A DNA stretch of 64,000 nt from Novakomyces olei (taxonomy: Eukaryota): contig JADEYG010000001.1 in the NCBI GenBank assembly GCA_016906335.1, positions 62,001 through 126,000 on the forward strand, in the 5' to 3' direction. The notes beneath the pieces are model-generated. The model ran no database searches, was not told the DNA's origin, and saw only the letters and a list, made by a program, of their open reading frames with translations. Positions 56,761 through 64,000 of this stretch are shown piece after piece (position 1 is the stretch's first letter; each line of letters begins with the position of its first letter). The position numbers and the translations under genes are program-made.

Positions 56761-58699
56761 ATGTCAACGACGGCAGTCTCAAAACAATTAGCGGCCGCCT
56801 GCCAAAGGTGTAAGAGCCGTCGGACAAAGTGCGATCGGGTATTGCCCGTATGCGGTGCCTGCGCCAAAGCGGGGACAGAATGTCTTTCTGCCGATACAGG
56901 CGGTGAGCGGGTGCTGCCAAGAAGGTACGCAGGTCTGAGGAAGGATATTTTGTTGATTATATAGTTATGTGCGCCAGCTGGAGGATCGCGTTGCTCTTTT
57001 GGAAATTTCATTAGCAAATCATGGAATTGATATAGAGCAAATAGAAACGTCTACGAAAAGCAATGTTACAAAAAGCAATGGCACAGGAATCGCTGTTAAT
57101 TCTCCGTCCAAACGAAGGCGCTATGGAGAAAGCCAATTGGCAGACTCATTAGGGCTCGCTGTTTGCACTTCATCCTTCCAGGCGCCCTTTATTGGCACAA
57201 GCTCAGGCATTTCGTTTGCCAAAGGCATCCTCGATGCTACTACGAACCAGCGTCAAATTCGGCACTCGTCAGCGAGTATGCCTACAACAGTACCTGCCGA
57301 CTATGGAGCTGTCAGCCATTCAGCACAAGCTGCCGGTTTGCCAGCGCAAGAGACGGCGCAGCACCTGGTGCAGACGTACTTTGCTCAAAGCGGCTCCCAG
57401 CACCCAGTATTTCATCGGCCTCACTTTGAGCAAATGTTCTCGACGTACCTACTGGATCCAGAGTGCGGTGGTTCCGCCCAGTTTTTTGTCTTTATGGTCT
57501 TTGCCATTGCGTCCGCGTGCCTTCAGCAGGCGGATACACCCCAAAAGTACTATCAGACAGCTGTCGGGGCACTTGATTGCGTTATGGAAGCGCCTTCAAA
57601 GCTGGAAACGCTGCAAGGGCTCGTGCTTCTCGGTGCTTTTTCCCTTATGCGTGCGGTAGCACCGGGCCCGTGGTACATTGTGGGGATCGCCTTACGCCTG
57701 TGTGTTGATCTCGGCTTGCACAGCGAGTCGGCACTGCCGGACATGAGCGCAATTGAATTGGATTTGCGGCGAAAGCTAATGTGGACCACTTATTCGTTGG
57801 ATAGACAGATTTGTGTTTACCTTGGAAGGCCTTTTGGTATCGCAGACAATGATGTTAATGCGCAGTTGCCGTCGCTCTGGGCTGATTCTGCGTTGAGTAC
57901 CGGGACGCCAGACCTTGTCATCAGTTCACAAAAACTGCTCCTTCGCCGATGGATCGAGATACGGCAGATGCAGTCCGAGATTCAGTCTGTCTTGTACGCT
58001 GCCAGGCTGCTTCCCCGCGAGTTTGCAACTTTGCAAGAGTGGCAAATCGATGTTGACGGGAAGCTAGAGGCATGGTACAAGAGCATACCAAGCGCGTCCG
58101 ACGAAGGCTGCATGGACTCGTTTAATCGAGATTATATTGACTTGAACTATAACCAGACCAAGCTGCTTTTGTACGGTCTTTCGCCAGCAATACCCACGCC
58201 ACTCACTCCGCAAGGGCACATTGAGGTCGCAAAGTCGAGCTCGGCAATCGTCCAAATATACCGTAGACTGAACCGGGAAAGCTCCGTAAATTACGTATGG
58301 TTGGCCGTGCACAATATCTTTATGGCAGGAATGTCGTTTCTTTACGCAGTCTGGCATTGCCGCGACGTACGGGACCTTTTTCCTATAGACGAAGTCGAGC
58401 TCACTTGCATGAGCTGCGCTCATGTCATCAAGTGTCTTGAGCCGTACAGCTCATCTGCGCTGAGCAGCAAAAAGTGCTTTGAAGGTCTCGCAGACGTCAC
58501 TATTAAATACTGCCAGAGCGCACGTGTGGACGAGGCGTCCATTCCTGCGTTTGGATCGCCCCATCTACACTCAAGCGTGGATGATATTACCGATCTGTCG
58601 GCCAAAGAATTTTGTAAATTAATAAACCAAGATTCCGCCGAGCAAATTTGGTACGAGTTCTTTGCCTCAAAGGATGGGCTCGTACCCGGCCAGAATTAG
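56761..58699 (+). CDS. Zn(II)2Cys6 transcription factor, UaY/Ppr1-like; exons 56761-56924, 56965-58699
   Basis: ACQRCKSRRTKCD..PVCGAC..C, spliced PRSYVRQLEDRV, LCVDLGLHSE, LDRQIC..LGRPFGI and NYVWLAVHNIFMAGMSFLYAVWH. Confidence 0.88.
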
Positions 58700-59256
58700 C
58701 TGCTGCTGAGGAGCGTTTTGCTCCATGTTGGCAGCGGAAACTTTCCGTGCTCCCTAATGTGAAAATGTAAGCGTTCTCCTGGAAGATGCCTGAAGCTGAA
58801 CGTGGGCCAATAATGCTCTTTTCTTTTCTTAATCGCAACGACGGGGACGCTTGCTTGGCTCTAGTTACCAAGCAGTTTCAGCGGGCTACTACACAGCTTA
58901 ATAAGCGCTAGACCTGTCGGGCATTGGAGGGGCCTAGCCTTATCTCATTGAACGGCAATGCTCGCGGGAGCTGCTTCGATTGGCTCATTGTCGGCTGGGA
59001 GATGTGCACGTTTGGCTCAGACTATCGTGTCATACTATGGTGCACGGCAAAGCAAAATTACATTTAATGAGCTTGCGCTACCCTTTCTGTCCCGTACAAG
59101 AAGCCAGTACAAGATGCGCTCCACGCTGAGGCTACAATGCTCAATTGCTTGTGTGCACGCACCGTATGAAGGTGCATCATTTGCTTCTAATGTACGGTAA
59201 TAACCGGCAAGCGTATACAGGAATTTCAATCGGGCACGTTGCAAGAGACGCAACGT

Positions 59257-59494
59257 TTTGCAAAGGCAATTCATTTGCAAAGGCAATTGATTTGCAAAGG
59301 CAATTCATTTGCAAAGGCAATTGATTTGCAAAGGCAATTGATTTGCAAAGGCAATTCATTTGCAAAGGCAATTCATTTGCAAAGGCAATTCATTTGCAAA
59401 GGCAATTCATTTGCAAAGGCAATTCATTTGCAAAGACAATTAATTTGTAAAGGCAATTGATTTGCAAAGGCAATTGATTTGCAAAGGCAATTAA
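59257..59494. repeat. 17-bp minisatellite (TTTGCAAAGGCAATTSA)n
   Basis: About 14 head-to-tail copies without spacers. Confidence 0.95.
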
Positions 59495-59596
59495 TTGTAG
59501 CACTGGTAAAATAACTAAAATAACTATACAGAAAGCAATTCTAAACCGCGCCAATAATACTTTATAAACTAAATGCACATGCAACTTTACCCCCAA

Positions 59597-60616
59597 TTAA
59601 TCCATTTCTGCAGAGCGCACTCGAGCAACAATCTCATTGTTCAACTCGTCCGCTGCCTCAAACGGCAGCGCATGCCCCTTGTCCGCGTACACGTGCAAAC
59701 GCACTTTCCCCTCCGCCGCATACTCTGGGTGCGCCTCTGTCATTGCATCGTAAATTTCGTGCGAGCTTGTAGCCGGCACAACGTGGTCCGCGTCCCCCGT
59801 GTATATATCCACCAGCCTGCACTCCCTCCCTATCCGCTCAAGCGCAAGTTTGCCCACGTTATGGTAAGCACAGGCGAGCAGCGAGTTCCAGGACACGAGC
59901 AGCGGGGCTGCCGGGATAAGCGCAAGCCGCTTCTGCATCTGTGCGTAGATCCGATCGTAATTGCTTTTGTATTCAGGAAACTTTTCATTGTGCGCAAACA
60001 GCCATTGCGATGGAGCACAGATTGTGGCAATGACGTCAGTCACTTGGCTATCGAGGCCCCCTTTTGGCCGCAGCATACTCCACAGCCGCGCTACACGCTG
60101 TTGCCAGGGCAACGGCTCCTGGCGGAGTCGAGCGCACGTGGAGACTAGCTGCAGTGCTCCGATCCTCGGGCCGATCAGTTTGGCCTAAATCCGTTAGCTT
60201 TGTGCCGGAGAAAAGCCGCCTACCAACTCGAGCGCGATCATTCCGCCCATAGACACGCCCACGACATGCACTCGGCCCGTGGACCAGTCGACGTGGCGCA
60301 AAAGCTCTAGAGTGTCCTGTGCAAACAGACTCGTAGAGAATCGGTGGCGGAGCGACTTGTCTGAAAGGCCGAAGCCTCTATTGTCAAAGATCAGACACTG
60401 CATTCCCTCAGCCACAAGACGCTGGACCTGAGCGCTCCACGCGTACATGCTCGCGCTCACTCCCATGATAAACAAAACGCGGGGTCGGCCACGGCCATGT
60501 ATTTCATAGTACAGGCGTGTGCCATTCACGGCGGCCAGGCCGCTCTCGACCGGGACCAGACCTATAAGCTGCGATGTAATGTACGCCTGCCGATCTGTAT
60601 CTGACGTCTCGGCCAT
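59597..60616 (-). CDS. Alpha/beta hydrolase; exons 60616-60224, 60184-59597
   Basis: FDNRGFGLSD, nucleophile elbow GVSMGG, GDADHVV and GHALP. The 39-nt intron reads GTAGGC..GCTAAC..TAG. Confidence 0.9.
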
Positions 60617-61151
60617 CTGCGCTGTGGTTAGGAAACAGGCTCTTGCTTAACAGGCCATTTTTTAATTAATTAATCAATCATCGATTATCAATTGATCAAT
60701 CAATCAATCAATTTATTAATTTATTTATTTATTAAGTGATTAATTGTTTTAATTATTGCTTATCGCGTTTAATATGATGTTTGTTTGCTCTGTCTCTGCC
60801 TCCTATTACGCACAGTATATACGATTTGGTCTATTGTTCTGACGGGATTCTTTCTGCGATTTTGCCACTTAGATATTGTGACGGCAGCACGCGATGCAAG
60901 TAATACATCTGCAGATATACATACACTTTCGTGTTTTCTACGTACAGTAGTGTCACATACAGTTTTATTACATACAGTATGGTCACAGTATTGTCGCATA
61001 CAGTATGTCACATAGATACTCGTGTCATATGTTAAAACTAAATCTTAGGGTTGGGCCCTAGTGTAGGACTGCTTATTGTGCACACAACACCAAAATCCTG
61101 TAAACACAACGATTCCAATCAGTACCATTCATCTTGTTACTGTAGGTCAAT

Positions 61152-61940
61152 ATGCCGCGAGGACCAAAGAAGCATTTGAAGCGTTTGGCGGCTCCACACG
61201 GATGGATGCTGGACAAATTGTCCGGCACCTACGCCCCAAAGCCCTCGCCTGGTCCGCACAAGGGCCGCGAGTGCCTTCCCTTGGTTATCTTTTTGCGCAA
61301 TCGTCTCAAGTACGCGCTCAACGGCCGTGAAGTCAAGCAGATCCTGATGCAGCGCCTCGTCAAGGTGGACAACAAAGTACGCACTGATACAACTTATCCT
61401 GCCGGATTCCAGGATGTCATCTCTATTCCCACGACTGGCGAGAACTTTCGCCTTGTGTACGACACAAAAGGCCGTTTCACTATTCACCGCATCACTGCTG
61501 AGGAGGCCACCTACAAGTTGCTCAAAGTGAAAAAGTGCCAACTTGGCGCTAAGGGTGTTCCTTTCTTGGTCACCCACGATGGCCGCACCTTGCGCTACCC
61601 TGATCCTTCGATCAAAGTTCACGATACAGTAAAGTTCAACTTGGAGACGGGAAAGATTGAGGACTTTGTAAAGTTCGATATCGGCAACGTCGTTATGGTC
61701 ACTGGCGGTAACTCGATTGGCCGCGTCGGTGTCATCACACACCGTGAGCGCCATGAAGGCTCATTTGATATTATCCATGTCAAAGACGCCCTTGACCGCA
61801 CTTTTGCTACCCGTATGAGCAATGTGTTTGTCATCGGCAAGGGCGCCAAGACCTGGGTCTCTCTGCCAAAGGGCAAGGGTATTGCTCTTTCTATTGGTGA
61901 AGAGCGTGATCGCCGCCGTGCTCTGCAAGAGCGTGCGTAG
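61152..61940 (+). CDS. RPS4: 40S ribosomal protein S4 (eS4)
   Basis: [23 protein letters not shown] start, full-length 262 aa. Confidence 0.99.
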   Translation: MPRGPKKHLKRLAAPHGWMLDKLSGTYAPKPSPGPHKGRECLPLVIFLRNRLKYALNGREVKQILMQRLVKVDNKVRTDTTYPAGFQDVISIPTTGENFRLVYDTKGRFTIHRITAEEATYKLLKVKKCQLGAKGVPFLVTHDGRTLRYPDPSIKVHDTVKFNLETGKIEDFVKFDIGNVVMVTGGNSIGRVGVITHRERHEGSFDIIHVKDALDRTFATRMSNVFVIGKGAKTWVSLPKGKGIALSIGEERDRRRALQERA

Positions 61941-62277
61941 ATTGCTTTGCTATCATAATGCATTGATATTGAAGATTGTAATTGCATGTCCTTTTGCTAT
62001 TGTAAAGTAGAATTAATAGTAGAGTCGAATGGGCCTTGAGCTGTCGCGCAAAACGTAATAAGCACGAGCATCTTGTGCTGCGCTCGTGCTCGTCGTTTCT
62101 ATCAAGTATATCGCCTCTATATTACACTGCTTTTACCCGTATTCTATTAGAGCACAAATTGATTTAGACGAAGCGCTGTATACATTAAAAGCGCGAGGGA
62201 GTCCCACACTCAAGTAATCTATACGTCCGAGGTCTATGTAACATAAAAGTCAAATATAGCAAAAAAAATTGTACACA

Positions 62278-62299
62278 GGTTTAGGTTAGGGTGTGACTG
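62278..62299 (+). promoter_or_regulatory. HomolD box (TGTGACTG) preceded by a TTAGGG/HomolE-like motif upstream of RPS22
   Basis: Sequence GGTTTAGGTTAGGGTGTGACTG. HomolD is the known core element of ribosomal protein promoters in fission yeast. Confidence 0.7.
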
Positions 62300-62386
62300 C
62301 TTTCATACAAGTCTTGTGCAGTGCTGTAAACAGACGAGTGTAAACGGCTTTTGAATCCCTAATTACCGACGTTCACAAATCTTAAG

Positions 62387-62517
62387 GTAAGGGACACTCT
62401 TATGGCCGTCAAATAGTGTTTGCTACAGCATAAACGGCGTACAGTCGATTGCTGTATAGCAGCACGAGTTTTGCGCCAATGGAACTTGCTGTATGAACAC
62501 AGACTGACCGCTCTTAG
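62387..62517 (+). other. Probable 5' UTR intron of RPS22 containing a long hairpin
   Basis: GTAAGG donor, ACTGAC branch point, and TAG acceptor 5 nt before the ATG. Confidence 0.75.
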
Positions 62518-62522
62518 TGAAA

Positions 62523-62987
62523 ATGGTGCGCCAATCAGTCTTGAACGATGCGCTCAACAACATTGTTAACGCCGAAAAACGTGGCCGCCGTCAGGTGTTG
62601 ATCCGACCATCGTCCAAGGTCATTGTCAAGTTCTTGACTGTTATGCAGCAGCACGGTAAGTCTTGACTTTTTCTTATTTCGTGGTCCAATGGACCAGTCT
62701 TTATGTTTTTCTAATACTTACAAATAGGATACATTGATGAGTTTGAGGAAGTAGACGATCACCGTTCCGGAAAGATTGTCATTCACCTTAACGGACGTTT
62801 GAACAAATGCGGTGTCATCTCACCGCGTTTCAACGTCCGCTTAAATGAGCTGGAAAAGTGGGTCTCTCAGCTCCTGCCGTCGCGTCAGTTTGGCTACGTC
62901 GTGTTGACCACGTCCGCTGGCATCATGGACCATGAGACTGCTCGCCGGAAGCATGCTGGTGGTAAAATCCTCGGATTTTTCTACTAG
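62523..62987 (+). CDS. RPS22: 40S ribosomal protein S22 (uS8); exons 62523-62655, 62728-62987
   Basis: Spliced [55 protein letters not shown]. Confidence 0.97.
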
Positions 62988-63372
62988 ATACAAAAGGCGC
63001 TGTATACCCTTGCATTAGTAATATTGTGCAGCATCTCACATTCAAAAGCACTAGATAAAAGATAACATTATTGTAAGCGACTTCAATTTGTTCATGGAGA
63101 ACGTGTATACGTATTCGTCTTTGTTACGACTATTACCAGACTAACCGTGTATACCGCGTCCGAGTATTGTTCCACTGGTGTATCGGTTCTGTCTCTTCAC
63201 AAACGTAATCTATACAAATAATAACGACTTCTGATAGCAATACATTTACAGATATGTTATTGAACAAAGAAATGTGTCAAATATCTATTACAGCTACATT
63301 TATCGACGGCATTGTTCATTTCTAACCGTATAGTCAATTAAAATGAAATAAAAAACCATAAAACAACGACCT

Positions 63373-64000
63373 CTAGTTCTTGGCATTGGTGATAGCCCAC
63401 GAAAGCTCGTAAGACTTGACCGCGTCCTCATAAGTAGACAAGATATCGCCGCGCACTGCCTTATTTTCAATGCTATCAATAAAGACCTCAATTTCGCCAA
63501 AGTAAGGATCGTCATCCGGGAAGCTATAAACTTCTTCGCGGTCAACAGCTGGAGTACGCAAGAAAAGCTGGGGCGATGTATAAGGATCGACCAAGCGGAG
63601 CTGGTAACCGTCGCAATAAACTTCCAAAGTACTATCGTATTTTGTACCCTGCAAGGTAAGAGCATGCGTCAGTGAACCGACGGCTCCAGAGGTATACTTC
63701 CAGCAGGCAGAAGTCACGCGCGGAATACGTTCATTCTCGGGAATTACGTTTTCATCAAAGGGCATAGCCGAAAGCTTGCCGGGCTTTTCGTCCCAGTTCA
63801 ATTTCACGGCGCGTACGGACGGAATATCCACGTCACCTCCAAAGTATCGGCTGAGATCGCAAAAGTGGGTTGCCTGTTCGACGATGGGTCCACCAGACTT
63901 GCTCTTTGTCCACCAGAAAGTCTTGCTGTTATGGGCGTATGAGGAAACGTAGCGGGCTACGGTTGCCATAACGGTGAGATTATTTTCCGCAATAATACTC
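63373..64000 (-). CDS. Gfo/Idh/MocA-type NAD-binding oxidoreductase, 3' part only (continues beyond the window)
   Basis: WWTKSKSGGPIVEQATHFCDLSRYFGG and ILSTYEDAVKSYELSWAI. Confidence 0.8.
   Translation of the reverse strand, partial: SIIAENNLTVMATVARYVSSYAHNSKTFWWTKSKSGGPIVEQATHFCDLSRYFGGDVDIPSVRAVKLNWDEKPGKLSAMPFDENVIPENERIPRVTSACWKYTSGAVGSLTHALTLQGTKYDSTLEVYCDGYQLRLVDPYTSPQLFLRTPAVDREEVYSFPDDDPYFGEIEVFIDSIENKAVRGDILSTYEDAVKSYELSWAITNAKN

Noticed and set aside
58700-59250. Possible small gene between the Zn cluster TF and the 17-bp array
   Set aside because: Only short ORFs with no recognisable motif or coherent exon model.
59257-59494. CRISPR-like appearance of the short palindromic repeats (also 13143-13420)
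   Set aside because: No unique spacers, no cas genes and a eukaryotic context.
61137-61754. Long antisense ORFs over RPS4, LEU1, MSL5 and CMS1
   Set aside because: Expected shadows of codon bias in real genes, with no recognisable motifs.

Overview
Gene-dense region of an intron-containing ascomycete yeast. Short GT-AG introns with CTRAY branch points, GTTTGT donors, a HomolD box and TTAGGG motifs suggest an early-diverging, possibly Taphrinomycotina-like lineage; that placement is inference only. I model about 22 host genes: FMT1, LEU1, a C2H2/fungal-TF gene, MSL5, an Asteroid/XPG-like nuclease, MED15, TIM10, a dual-specificity phosphatase, a possible Mto2-like gene, CENP-H, GDH1, a PAS kinase, CMS1, a Fyv8-like protein, a UBX protein, CENP-T, a 2OG-Fe(II) dioxygenase divergent from a UaY/Ppr1-like Zn2Cys6 factor, an alpha/beta hydrolase, RPS4, RPS22 and a partial oxidoreductase. 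The standout feature is a very young 5.3 kb Ty1/copia retrotransposon (44398-49722, minus strand). It sits inside a long (AAT)n microsatellite and carries the same trinucleotide repeat in both LTRs, which differ only in repeat count. It has a half-tRNA-type primer-binding site, joins gag to pol through an in-frame UGA-CUAG readthrough context, and has a second frame break between integrase and RT. Other signals are large microsatellites inside introns (mostly U-rich on the pre-mRNA strand), oriented TTAGGG motifs at gene ends and a long hairpin in the RPS22 5' UTR intron. All exon boundaries were called by eye, and family assignments come from recalled motifs, not database searches.
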